This document shows positions 27,819 to 36,835 of a stretch of 64,000 nt of DNA, in pieces. The translations under genes and the position numbers were made by a program. The DNA comes from Promethearchaeota archaeon (GTDB lineage: Archaea; Asgardarchaeota; Lokiarchaeia; Sigyniarchaeales; SOKP01): positions 661-64,660 of the forward strand of contig JBHLNF010000015.1 in assembly GCA_048937405.1 (NCBI GenBank), read 5' to 3'. Numbering within the stretch: the stretch's first letter is position 1; the number at the start of each line of letters is the position of its first letter. The notes under the pieces are model-generated. The model did no database searches, had not been told where the DNA came from, and saw nothing but the letters and a program-made list of their open reading frames with translations.

Positions 27819-28018
27819 CAAGTGATAATAATGGTTTGTCTTCAATAGTTCGAACTTAGCATATTTAAACATAGTTTTTTCATTTTTATTCTTAAAATTT
27901 ATTAGACCCCCATAATTTTTTGATTTTTTTTCTCGTTGGTTGAGTTTAAATAAACTATTCAAAATAAAGAAGTGTAATATATGAATTAATAATTTATTAC
28001 AAGTGATAATAATGGTTT
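27819..28018. repeat. Pair of perfect 19-nt direct repeats (CAAGTGATAATAATGGTTT) 181 bp apart, in an 868-bp non-coding gap
   Basis: Copies read directly at 27819..27837 and 28000..28018. Each contains GTGAT followed by ATG, resembling a duplicated translation-start region. Confidence 0.6.
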
Positions 28019-28413
28019 TAAGACTGTCCTACCGTTTTGATACCATATTTACTGTACTACAAATTAGTTTGTATGTGGTAAGAATCATATTCTACTTGGT
28101 TCTTATTTATACAACAATTTGTTAATACAGCTAATATGGTAGTTCTATTTTTCTTTTTTTTAAAATTTCTACACTCTATTCAAAGTAATTAAAAATCGAA
28201 AATTCTTTTAGAATTTTATCAAATTAATATTTATTAATTTGAATATTTTTAAGTTTTTTCTCTAATTTCAATGGAAATAACTTAATTAACGCGTTTTTTT
28301 AATTATTTAGGAGTTCAAGATTTTTAATTTTGTAAAACCTTAAATTTTACATTTTTTTCAAATAATTGTAATTGATTTCATAACACTCATATAAACGTAA
28401 TTGAAACAGAAAT

Positions 28414-28695
28414 ATGAATTTGATTAATATTAATTTAGAGGACATCACAGAATCGGATTTGACTTATTTAATCAATGAAGGAATAATAGAAAAAAAAAAT
28501 TTAGAATATAATTATGTTCCTTCAGAAAGATTTGTCAAACAAGAAGAATTAGATTGGATTAACATGCAAATAGTTGCAGAATCATATAGGTTGATCTTTA
28601 CTAAGAGAAATGATTTTCAATTTGTCAAACAAATATTAAAGAAATTTCCTGAACTTAAGAATATTGAAAGAAATAGAATTTTCATAATAAACTAA
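28414..28695 (+). CDS. Hypothetical protein. The N-terminus weakly resembles the AlbA_2/Schlafen-type DNA-binding domain start.
   Basis: 93 aa. ITESDLTYLINEGIIEKKNLEYNY resembles the ..L..LI..GE...lE(F/Y)K opening of AlbA_2 domains. Far too short for a full domain, so possibly a remnant. Confidence 0.3.
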   Translation: MNLININLEDITESDLTYLINEGIIEKKNLEYNYVPSERFVKQEELDWINMQIVAESYRLIFTKRNDFQFVKQILKKFPELKNIERNRIFIIN

Positions 28696-28800
28696 TAAAG
28701 ATATTTTAAAACTGTTTAATTTCATAAAAATGTAAATTATCTAAACTTTAAAGCGAAATAATGTCGTAAGTTTTAAAAAGGAGTTAGAAACAATTAGAAT

Positions 28801-29385
28801 TTATTTTCCACGCCCTTTATTAGCGCCAAGACTTGGTCGGGTTTTTTCAGAACCCCATCCTTTTTTATGTAAGCCTCTAGCTCTCTTACCCGCAGAGGTA
28901 AGACCTCGAGTTACTCTTTTTTTATGCTGAGGTTCCGAGATCCAATTGATGTTAGGATCTGATTTAATTACCGGATGATGAGGATCAACTAGGATAACTT
29001 CATAATACCAATGTCTCCCATCAGAATAGACTTTATATGAATTTAGAACCTGCATGTTTGGATACTTTCTTTGAACACGTTCTTCTGCTATCCATTGAAG
29101 GTTTTTACCTGTGGTATACTTAGAAACACCCATCGCTCTTGGTTTCCTTCCTCGTTTAGGGCGGACTTTATGCATTCCTCCTTTCCTGATTCTTGCTCGT
29201 ACGATAATAAATCCTTGTTTCGCCTTATATCCTAATGTTCTTGCTCGATGAAGTTTGGTGGGTTTTTCAACTCTTTGGATTGATCTACCCTTTCGATATT
29301 CTATTCCACGATCCCAATGAGGTGTTTTATATCCTTTTTCGTGTTTTTCAAAAGTTTCTTTAACATAACTATATCCAGACTTCAA
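28801..29385 (-). CDS. rpl15e: Ribosomal protein eL15 (L15e)
   Basis: 194 aa. MKSGYSYVKETF..., PTKLHRARTLGYKAKQGFIIVRARIRKGG, VILVDPHHP. The only possible start is TTG at 29385; an in-frame stop lies 3 codons upstream. Confidence 0.9.
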   Translation of the reverse strand: MKSGYSYVKETFEKHEKGYKTPHWDRGIEYRKGRSIQRVEKPTKLHRARTLGYKAKQGFIIVRARIRKGGMHKVRPKRGRKPRAMGVSKYTTGKNLQWIAEERVQRKYPNMQVLNSYKVYSDGRHWYYEVILVDPHHPVIKSDPNINWISEPQHKKRVTRGLTSAGKRARGLHKKGWGSEKTRPSLGANKGRGK

Positions 29386-29542
29386 TTTATATCAACACAT
29401 CCATAGTATAATATAAATAAAAAATAAGCATATTTTATTATTTTTTTGGTCAAAAAATTTTTTAAATACTATTTATTTAATTAACTCGTTATTTTACGTT
29501 TTTTAAAATATACCTTTTTTGCATTTTTAACACTCCTGCTAA

Positions 29543-29616
29543 GGGAGAGTGGCTTAGCCTGGTATAGCGCACGGCTGATAACCGTGAGGTCGGGGGTTCA
29601 AAGCCCCCCTTTCCCA
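29543..29616 (+). tRNA. tRNA-Ile (GAU), intronless
   Basis: - Acceptor: GGGAGAG / CTTTCCC (one G-U) + A73.
- Anticodon arm: CACGG CTGATAA CCGTG.
- Variable loop: AGGTC.
- T-arm: GGGGG TTCAAAG CCCCC. Confidence 0.9.
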
Positions 29617-29849
29617 CTATTCTGGTATATATGTTGTATATATCATCCCTATATTTTTTTACGTTTCACCTTCTTAAAGGTAAATAAATCGTTTCCATAA
29701 TAAAAGGAAATATTACGTTAAAAAATCCTAATCCAAAATGCCGAGATCATATTCCTAAATATCATTAATGGTATAGTTAGATTCTTGGAGATTAATAGAA
29801 AATAGGTTTTGAAAAAAAAATTTGTTTCTTTCTTTTTTTAATAAAAAAA

Positions 29850-30749
29850 TTATATTTGTAAGGATTTGATATATTTAAGATAATTTCTCATAAACCATCC
29901 TACAAAATGCATCTTATCATCTTTTACATTGCTTTTTTCTAATGCTTTATAATAAGATTTTCGAATATTATAAGGGAGATCCCACATAGGATAATTATTA
30001 TCATACAGAATATAGTTCATAATTAATCTACATATTCTCCCATTTCCATCCCTAAAAGGATGGATTGATACAAACGTAAAATGCATCAAACATGCTAATA
30101 AAACTGGATGCATCGAGTCTTTTTTATCATTATACCAATCAAATAAATCATTCAATAAAGGTATTACCAACTGTGGTGGAGGAGGAACGTGATCACTTCC
30201 AGAAATATAGACTTGTTCTTTTCTGATTAATCCAGCAAAATCTTCTCCAAGAGGATGTAAGTTAAATAATCTTTTATGCCAATCTTGAACTATTCCCATA
30301 GATAATTTCGTGTATTCTTCGGATTTTATAATGTCTTCATATATTTGATTATGTATCCTAGCTTCTATTATTTCTCTCGTAGGTTTGTTAATAGGAATAT
30401 TTGGTTCTTCTATGATTAAAGCAACTTCTCTATGAGTTAAAGTAGATCCTTCAATTTTATTTGAATGATATGTAAATCTAATCCCAAAATTTTTTAAATA
30501 TTTAACTTGAACTGGAGTTGGTAGTAACTCAAATTTCTTTTGATATTTATTATTTCTCTCTTCTATTGATTGTTTCCATCTTTTTTGAAATATTTCTTTG
30601 ATGAATTCTACTTTAATATCATCAATTTCTTCAGGGATTTCTGTTCCAATCCCTTTCTCTATTAATTTGATGCTATTATTCTCTCTATAAGAATATCTTA
30701 GGTAGTAATAATCTTTTCCCTTAACTTGTTTTGTTTCCACAGATACCAT
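29850..30749 (-). CDS. Fic-domain protein (AMPylase/Fido family)
   Basis: 299 aa. Canonical Fic motif HPFRDGNGRICRL. Confidence 0.85.
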   Translation of the reverse strand: MVSVETKQVKGKDYYYLRYSYRENNSIKLIEKGIGTEIPEEIDDIKVEFIKEIFQKRWKQSIEERNNKYQKKFELLPTPVQVKYLKNFGIRFTYHSNKIEGSTLTHREVALIIEEPNIPINKPTREIIEARIHNQIYEDIIKSEEYTKLSMGIVQDWHKRLFNLHPLGEDFAGLIRKEQVYISGSDHVPPPPQLVIPLLNDLFDWYNDKKDSMHPVLLACLMHFTFVSIHPFRDGNGRICRLIMNYILYDNNYPMWDLPYNIRKSYYKALEKSNVKDDKMHFVGWFMRNYLKYIKSLQI

Positions 30750-30880
30750 ATGATAATATTATCCATACAAATATATAAATATATGTTATTTTTTTAAAAA
30801 TATATGGATAATTGTCCATACAAATATGTTTATTAAATATCTTTTTTGTCGAATGTATGGATAATTCATTGTAACTATAT
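30747..30880. promoter_or_regulatory. Three phased (~53 bp) operator-like repeats upstream of, and overlapping, the fic start codon
   Basis: - TCCATACAAATAT at 30762..30774 and 30815..30827.
- TATGGATAATT at 30803..30813 and 30856..30866.
- The middle copy forms the palindrome TATGGA-TAATTG-TCCATA. Confidence 0.35.
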
Positions 30881-30976
30881 TCGATTGAGAATCATTCCTT
30901 TGATTTACAGCTTGAATAAAATTCAATTATGTTCATTCACTTTTTTTAATTATCAATCTCTATTATAAACTTAGAA

Positions 30977-31570
30977 ATGAAAAATATCATAATCTCCGGG
31001 ACACCAGGTTGCGGAAAGACGTTAGTAGCAAGGAAAATCTCTGAGTTAATTGATGCTAAAATACTTTCTTTAAATGAGTTAGCAATTTCAGACAATTTCT
31101 CATTCGAATATGACAAAGAAAGAAAAACACACATTGTAGATTTTGAAATATTTTTGCCTTATGTCATAAATAGGATTGAAGAAATAAAAAAAGAAAGTCC
31201 ACCTTACCTGATAATAGAAAGTCATTTCTCTGATATAATTCCAGAAAAATTTATTGACTATGCATTTATTTTAAGATGTGACCCGGATGAGTTATTTAGA
31301 AGATTAGAAAAAAAAAAATATAATACAAAAAAAATTACTGAAAATATTCAAGCAGAGATATTGGGTAATTGTGTTAATTATTTTATCCAAAAGCAAATCA
31401 ATGTACCTATTTTTGAAATCGATACAACAAATATAAATATTGAAGAAATAGTAAAAATCATACTTGAGATCGTAGTTGAGCATAAAAAAGGAGAAAATTA
31501 TCATATTGGAAAAATTGATTGGCTTGAAAAATTGTTTGAAGAAGATCGTTTAAAAGAATTTTTTAATTAA
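30977..31570 (+). CDS. Adenylate kinase isoenzyme 6 / Fap7-like NTPase
   Basis: 197 aa. P-loop IIISGTPGCGKTLVARKI. Size and layout fit archaeal Fap7/AK6. Confidence 0.7.
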   Translation: MKNIIISGTPGCGKTLVARKISELIDAKILSLNELAISDNFSFEYDKERKTHIVDFEIFLPYVINRIEEIKKESPPYLIIESHFSDIIPEKFIDYAFILRCDPDELFRRLEKKKYNTKKITENIQAEILGNCVNYFIQKQINVPIFEIDTTNINIEEIVKIILEIVVEHKKGENYHIGKIDWLEKLFEEDRLKEFFN

Positions 31571-31597
31571 TAAGAATAAATTCTTATAGGAAAGCAT

Positions 31598-33244
31598 ATG
31601 AATTATGAAGTTATAGATATCGACGCTCTAGGCAGAATTGGTAAACTAGAAGTTAATAATAAGCAAATGGTCACCCCTAATCTTTTTCCTGTTGTACACC
31701 CCTTTAAAAATGTAATTCCGCCCTCAGAATTAAAAAATTTCGGAGCCCAAGCTGTTTTTACAAATGCTTATATCCTTTTTCAAAATGAAACTGTAAAAAA
31801 TGATGTGCTAAAGAAGAAGCTTCATCAATTTCTTGATTTTGATGGTCTTATTGCCACAGATAGTGGAGCTTTTCAGCAATATATGTATAGTACTTCTGAT
31901 ATGAAGATTAAACCAGAAGAAATCGAAAGGTTTCAGGAAAATATAGGATCAGATTTCCCGGTTATCCTTGACATTCCTGTTCAGCCAGATGACGCATATG
32001 AAGTAGCAAACAATAAAGTAAATACTACAATTGAAAGAGCACGAGAGAATATCAAAAGAAGAACTAATCAAATCTGTGTTTGGTTCGGACCAATTCATGG
32101 CGGTAAATACCAAGACCTTTTAAAAAGATGTATTAATGAAATGAATAAATTAGATTTTGGTGTCTATGCAATTGGGGGATTAGTAAAATCCTTTCTTGAT
32201 TATAGGTTTGACATTGCTATTCAAACTTTATTGAATGTGAAAAAAAGCATAAATCCTGCTAAACCACTACATATGTTTGGATTAGGTTTACCTCAATTTT
32301 TTTCTTTAGCTGTCGCATGTGGTTGCGATTTAATGGATTCTGCAGCCTATATTTTATATGCTAATGAGAATAGGTATTTTACATTGTCTACTGGTACTAA
32401 AAATCTTGAGGATTTAGAAGAATTTCCATGTCACTGTCCGATTTGCACAAAATTTAGTCCTAATGAGCTTAAGAAATATGAGGATAATTTACGAATCAAA
32501 CTATTGGCGGAACATAACCTATATATTTCTTTCTCTGAGCTAAAAACAATTAGACAAGCTATAAGAGAGGGTAATTTATGGGAACTGGTTGATCAACGTA
32601 TAAAAGCACACCCAAATTTGGTCAGAGCAGCTCATATTTTAAAGAAAGAATTTCCAACGTTTGAATGGTATGAAAAAATCTATAAGAAAACTGGGCGAAT
32701 GTTTGTTTCTTCTGAGAATATCCATAGGCCTTTGATTAAAAGATATGAGAAAAGGATTAGTAATAATTACCGGGTCCCAAAAGAAGCAAAATTTTTAATT
32801 ATTTTACCAGAATTAGATGCTAGAGGTCAAAATTCTCCTACTATTCAAAATTGGCTTGAAGAAATAAATGAGAATACAATAATTCCTCGGAAAGATTTAC
32901 ATATTGTTTTTAATTCTTTGTTTTTTGGAATAATACCTCTTGAATTAATAAATACATATCCTTTAGGGCAATTTGAATCTATAACAATTTTAGATGAGAA
33001 TGATGATCTTTATAAGAATTCAATAAAAAAATCATCTCATTTTATTAATCAATTTTATCAAAATTATATTAAATGCGGTGTTCTAATCCCTGAGAATTAT
33101 ATAAATCAATTTAATGAAACGGTAGAATTTTGTCTTATAAATTCAATTCGAGGATTAGATCCTGTTTTGAAATCTAAATTTCAATCCAATTATTCTGGAT
33201 TTACTGATTTAACTGATTTGCTTCAATTCTTTAAAGATGAATAA
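31598..33244 (+). CDS. tgtA: Archaeosine tRNA-guanine transglycosylase (ArcTGT). It appears to lack a C-terminal PUA domain.
   Basis: 548 aa. DALGRIGKLEV..VTPNLFPVV, ATDSGAFQ, AIGGLV, LHMFGLGLP and the zinc site CHCPIC...H. Confidence 0.85.
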   Translation: MNYEVIDIDALGRIGKLEVNNKQMVTPNLFPVVHPFKNVIPPSELKNFGAQAVFTNAYILFQNETVKNDVLKKKLHQFLDFDGLIATDSGAFQQYMYSTSDMKIKPEEIERFQENIGSDFPVILDIPVQPDDAYEVANNKVNTTIERARENIKRRTNQICVWFGPIHGGKYQDLLKRCINEMNKLDFGVYAIGGLVKSFLDYRFDIAIQTLLNVKKSINPAKPLHMFGLGLPQFFSLAVACGCDLMDSAAYILYANENRYFTLSTGTKNLEDLEEFPCHCPICTKFSPNELKKYEDNLRIKLLAEHNLYISFSELKTIRQAIREGNLWELVDQRIKAHPNLVRAAHILKKEFPTFEWYEKIYKKTGRMFVSSENIHRPLIKRYEKRISNNYRVPKEAKFLIILPELDARGQNSPTIQNWLEEINENTIIPRKDLHIVFNSLFFGIIPLELINTYPLGQFESITILDENDDLYKNSIKKSSHFINQFYQNYIKCGVLIPENYINQFNETVEFCLINSIRGLDPVLKSKFQSNYSGFTDLTDLLQFFKDE

Positions 33245-33686
33245 AAAAATGGTGGTAGTAGAAACAATTTCTGCATATGGACACGAAAATATCTTGTGTT
33301 CGCACAGTACTACTATAGAAATTACAAAAGAAAAGAATTTAACTAAGAAAGGAAGCTGTATTATAGGTATTAATGCTTCGAAAGCTTGTTTTGATTTGAA
33401 CCCTAGTTTGAAGAAAAATATAAAAGAAGGGAGTAAAATAAAAATCACTTTAAAATTGGGAAAATTCCAAGATTCATTCATCGGTTTTGGAAATAAAAAT
33501 TTAAGATTATTGGATAAAAAGGACATGGTTTTTCGTAAAAGCAATTTTATTTGTGATAGAACGGTACTAATAAATTGCACGAAATCTTCCGAGGAAATAA
33601 ATCGTGAACTGATTAAAAATCTAAAAGTTCCAGGGAAAAAATTAACAATCATATTTGAAATAAATGAGAGAAATGGGAAACAATAG
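33237..33686 (+). CDS. DUF371-family protein
   Basis: 149 aa. ISAYGHENILCSHSTTIEITKEKNLTKKGSCIIGINA matches the DUF371 opening (GH.NI.A.H.TT.E.T....LT..GDCI.GV). Overlaps the tgtA stop by 8 nt. Confidence 0.6.
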   Translation: MNKKMVVVETISAYGHENILCSHSTTIEITKEKNLTKKGSCIIGINASKACFDLNPSLKKNIKEGSKIKITLKLGKFQDSFIGFGNKNLRLLDKKDMVFRKSNFICDRTVLINCTKSSEEINRELIKNLKVPGKKLTIIFEINERNGKQ

Positions 33687-34821
33687 TCAAGCGGAGATCT
33701 TGTATTTTAAATGTAAAGAGGAAGATGGACAAACTTTCGTCGATTTATTAAAAAATAAGTTTAAGAATATCCAATTTGTTAAGCAAAAATTTAAAACTTT
33801 ACATGAACATGGCAATATATTATTTCCAATAATAAATAATCAAGCTTTAATAAATAGAGTAGCTTCATTAGTAGATAAAAAGATTAATTTTGAAATAGTT
33901 TCTAAAAAAGGAATACCCAATAAAAGATATCAATCTAGAACCCTTCAGGAAGCATTAGAAGATAAAATACCAGAAGATTTTTCAGAATTAATTCCAAAAT
34001 CATATGATATTGTTGGACATATAGCTATCATTGAATTTAATGAGTTTAATTACATTAATGATAAAAAATTTAGTACTTACAAACAGGAAATCGCTAAAGC
34101 TATATCAAGCATAAATAAAAGTGTGAAAACTGTTTATGAAAAAAAGAGTCAAATAAAAGGGAAATATCGTTTAAGAGAATTTGCGTTATTATATGGTGAC
34201 GATAATTCTGAGACAATATATAAAGAAAATGATTGTGTTTTTAAGTTTGATATTAAAAATACATACTTCTCTCCAAGATTAGTTTTCGAACGACGTAGGA
34301 TTGCTTCATCAGCAATAAAAGAAAATGAGATAATCATTGATATGTTTGCTGGTGTTGGAACATACTCTATTCAAATTGCGAAAGAAAAGAAAGTCAAAAT
34401 TTATGCCTTTGATATTAATCCTTATGCTTTTAAATATCTGAAAGAAAATATCATTTTAAATAACCTAAAGGGAGAGATTTTCCCAAAAAATATTAATGTT
34501 AAAGATCTTCTTGAATCTAAATCCCAATTTGGTCAATTATTACGTCACAAAGCAAGTAGGATAATAATGAATTTACCTGAAGCTTCGATCAAATTCATTG
34601 ATGTAGTTTGCATTTTAATGAAGGAATCTGGTGGTATTTTGCATTTTTATCAATTCTCTGAAAAACCAAATCCTATAGAAAAATCTTTAAAGAATCTTGC
34701 AGAGGAACTTTCTCTTTTTAATTGGGAAGTAGAGTCTATTATTGATTCGAAAATTGTAAAACCTTATTCCCCCAAATCTGAATTGGTTGTTGTTGATTTA
34801 AGAATAAAAGCATCAAAATAA
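33664..34821 (+). CDS. tRNA methyltransferase, Trm5/Taw2 (Met-10+) family
   Basis: 385 aa. SYDIVGHIAIIEF, SAM-binding DMFAGVGTYSIQIA, AFDINPYAFKYLKENIILN, IIMNLPE. Confidence 0.75.
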   Translation: MREMGNNSQAEILYFKCKEEDGQTFVDLLKNKFKNIQFVKQKFKTLHEHGNILFPIINNQALINRVASLVDKKINFEIVSKKGIPNKRYQSRTLQEALEDKIPEDFSELIPKSYDIVGHIAIIEFNEFNYINDKKFSTYKQEIAKAISSINKSVKTVYEKKSQIKGKYRLREFALLYGDDNSETIYKENDCVFKFDIKNTYFSPRLVFERRRIASSAIKENEIIIDMFAGVGTYSIQIAKEKKVKIYAFDINPYAFKYLKENIILNNLKGEIFPKNINVKDLLESKSQFGQLLRHKASRIIMNLPEASIKFIDVVCILMKESGGILHFYQFSEKPNPIEKSLKNLAEELSLFNWEVESIIDSKIVKPYSPKSELVVVDLRIKASK

Positions 34822-34824
34822 GAA

Positions 34825-34899
34825 CGGACCTAGCAGGATTCGAACCTGCGACTTTCGGATTAGAAGTCCGACGCCCTATCCAGGCTAGGCTATAGGTCC
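34825..34899 (-). tRNA. tRNA-Arg (UCU), intronless
   Basis: Minus strand reads GGACCTA TA GCCT AGCCTGGAT AGGG C GTCGG/ TCGGA CTTCTAA TCCGA AAGTC GCAGG TTCGAAT CCTGC TAGGTCC G. Confidence 0.9.
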
Positions 34900-35012
34900 A
34901 TTGTTTCCACATAATATATCTTATACTTATAAAAATATTTTATATAATGTTTAAATTTTATGACCTTACAAATTATGTAGGAATTTAAATAGAGAATAAC
35001 AGACTATTTTTT

Positions 35013-35156
35013 ATGTATTTTCATAATATTATTTATATTAAATGCCCTTTATGTAAAATATGTGTACAGTTAGATTCAAAATTTAATTTTTGTTATGTCT
35101 GTGGAAGAGCTATTAATATTCTCGAAATTAATGATTTAAAATACAAACAACCTTAA
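35013..35156 (+). CDS. Mini zinc-ribbon protein (47 aa)
   Basis: My translation gives MYFHNIIYIKCPLCKICVQLDSKFNFCYVCGRAINILEINDLKYKQP (CPxC...CxxC). Too short for the track; coding status unproven. Confidence 0.35.
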   Translation: MYFHNIIYIKCPLCKICVQLDSKFNFCYVCGRAINILEINDLKYKQP

Positions 35157-35268
35157 TCAGTGTATATAAAACGGTTATTAGGAGGATTCAATTAAAAATT
35201 AAGAAATTTGAATGAATAAAAATCTTATCTATCCTATTAATTTTAAAAAAATTATTGAAGCCTGAAGA

Positions 35269-35418
35269 TCAGTAGGAATAAGAATTCTGATTTATGATTT
35301 TTGGTTTCTTATTGATATTTTTGTTTAGAGGAATACCACACATTGGACATAAATTTTCTTTGAATAAATTATTTGAATCTATGCACATTCTACAATTAGG
35401 ACATTTATATATTATCAT
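35269..35418 (-). CDS. Mini zinc-ribbon protein (49 aa)
   Basis: My translation gives MIIYKCPNCRMCIDSNNLFKENLCPMCGIPLNKNINKKPKIINQNSYSY (CPxC...CPxC). Convergent with the previous mini-ORF. Confidence 0.35.
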   Translation of the reverse strand: MIIYKCPNCRMCIDSNNLFKENLCPMCGIPLNKNINKKPKIINQNSYSY

Positions 35419-35521
35419 AAAATTTATTCAAAAATTATCTTTTTAAACTCCAATGCAAATTTCAATGGACTCGATATAAAATATTCAATTAGTTTAATTA
35501 GATCTTCTTGAATAAAATAAT

Positions 35522-36835
35522 ATGCTCACTCATGAAAAATTAGAAAAAAAATTAAGTAGGTCAAATATTAAAAATGTACTTAAAAAAATAGCTAAAAGAA
35601 GGACAAATTATCCTGTTTTCTCAATAGTTTATTTCATAATTAGTTTAATAGAAATTTACGTTATCGTTTATATTCCTTTGTTTCATTTTGATGTTTTAAA
35701 TGTGAATAGATTAAATTTATCTTTAATTCAATTTTTTTCTTATCTAGTTCTATTTTCATTTCCTGCTTTTGGTTTTTTTTTTGATAAATATTCAATACAT
35801 AAGAAAATAATAATTATTATATTCAGTTTTTTACTATTCCTTGGCTTTTTAGTATTCATTTTATTTAGTCAATCTCTTTTTAGTTATTCTATTTTCTTAA
35901 TTCTATTCTTAATTAGTCAAGCAGTAATTAGAACAGGAATGTCAAAACTACTTTTAGAGACTCCTGATAAAAAAAGCGAAAGAAATATAATTATCCTAAT
36001 TAATTCTAGCTCCTCTATAGGAATCTTATTTTCCTCATTTCTATTCAGGTTTTGTGTTCAAAAAATTGATTCGATACATTTTTGGAATATTTTCTTTGTC
36101 GTTGGGTGGCTAATATCTTCCCCTTTATTATTAATATTCCTTTTTATGAGAAAAACACTTTTAAAAGAACCAAATCAATATCCTTCCAAAATAATCTTTA
36201 GACACCAGAATAATTTGGAAGATTTTTCACCTTTTTTTATGATTTTCACATTTTTAGCCTATTTCTTTTTATGGAGCGATAAATTAATAGCTTATCCCTT
36301 TAGTTCTTACATTCTCTCTCGATTTGGAAAAATAGGTTTTATTATATATTCAGATTTTTATGTTATTTTTACAGTTTTAAATATAACGGGATTTTATTTA
36401 GCTAGGAAATTATTAAATAAAATTGATTCCAAAAAAAACCCCGGTCTTATTCAAAACAAAAAAATTTTACAAATTATTTTTTATATCACTTTAATTTATA
36501 TATTAAATTTAATTTCACTGCTATTTTCAAATTTTATCCTCCTAATATTTTCCTATTTGATTATATACTTTTTAGGAGGATTATTTGTAGTATTATATAC
36601 ATCAATCTTTCTCCAAATTTCTAGAGCTGGAAAAAATGAGAATTTACGGTATTGGATTATGTTATTATCTTCCAATTTAGCGAGTATTAGCTTTTTACCT
36701 CTCGGAACATATTTGTCTCAGTATTTATCAATGGAAATTTTAATTATTATAGTTATTTGCCTAACATTATTGTCATTTATTTTAATTAATTTATCTAATC
36801 TTGTAATTAAATGTATCAATTTTTATCACAGTTAA
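35522..36835 (+). CDS. Polytopic membrane protein (MFS-like transporter topology, ~10-12 TM helices)
   Basis: 437 aa of alternating long hydrophobic segments and short basic loops. No diagnostic motif seen. Confidence 0.5.
   Translation: MLTHEKLEKKLSRSNIKNVLKKIAKRRTNYPVFSIVYFIISLIEIYVIVYIPLFHFDVLNVNRLNLSLIQFFSYLVLFSFPAFGFFFDKYSIHKKIIIIIFSFLLFLGFLVFILFSQSLFSYSIFLILFLISQAVIRTGMSKLLLETPDKKSERNIIILINSSSSIGILFSSFLFRFCVQKIDSIHFWNIFFVVGWLISSPLLLIFLFMRKTLLKEPNQYPSKIIFRHQNNLEDFSPFFMIFTFLAYFFLWSDKLIAYPFSSYILSRFGKIGFIIYSDFYVIFTVLNITGFYLARKLLNKIDSKKNPGLIQNKKILQIIFYITLIYILNLISLLFSNFILLIFSYLIIYFLGGLFVVLYTSIFLQISRAGKNENLRYWIMLLSSNLASISFLPLGTYLSQYLSMEILIIIVICLTLLSFILINLSNLVIKCINFYHS

Noticed and set aside
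27819-28018. CRISPR array
   Set aside because: There are only two copies of a 19-nt repeat, with a 181-bp spacing. There is no regular repeat-spacer periodicity and no cas genes. No CRISPR-like array is seen anywhere in the window.
22790-28413. Integrated mobile element or provirus inserted at the 3' end of tRNA-Asn
   Set aside because: I found no integrase, recombinase or transposase ORF. I also found no partial duplicate of the tRNA 3' end (att repeat) in 27.5-28.8 kb. The compositional contrast is also seen in conserved core genes. I kept it only as context for the HNH/ATPase finding.
29495-29542. TATA-box/BRE promoter calls upstream of the tRNA and protein genes (e.g. TTTAAAATATA before tRNA-Ile)
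   Set aside because: In DNA this AT-rich, TATA-like strings occur almost everywhere, and spacing to the mature 5' ends is not diagnostic without TSS data. I therefore did not call individual promoters.
33209-33652. Track ORF 33209..33652 (-), 147 aa
   Set aside because: It is exactly antisense to the DUF371 gene, which has a family-typical N-terminus. The antisense translation is hydrophobic low-complexity sequence.
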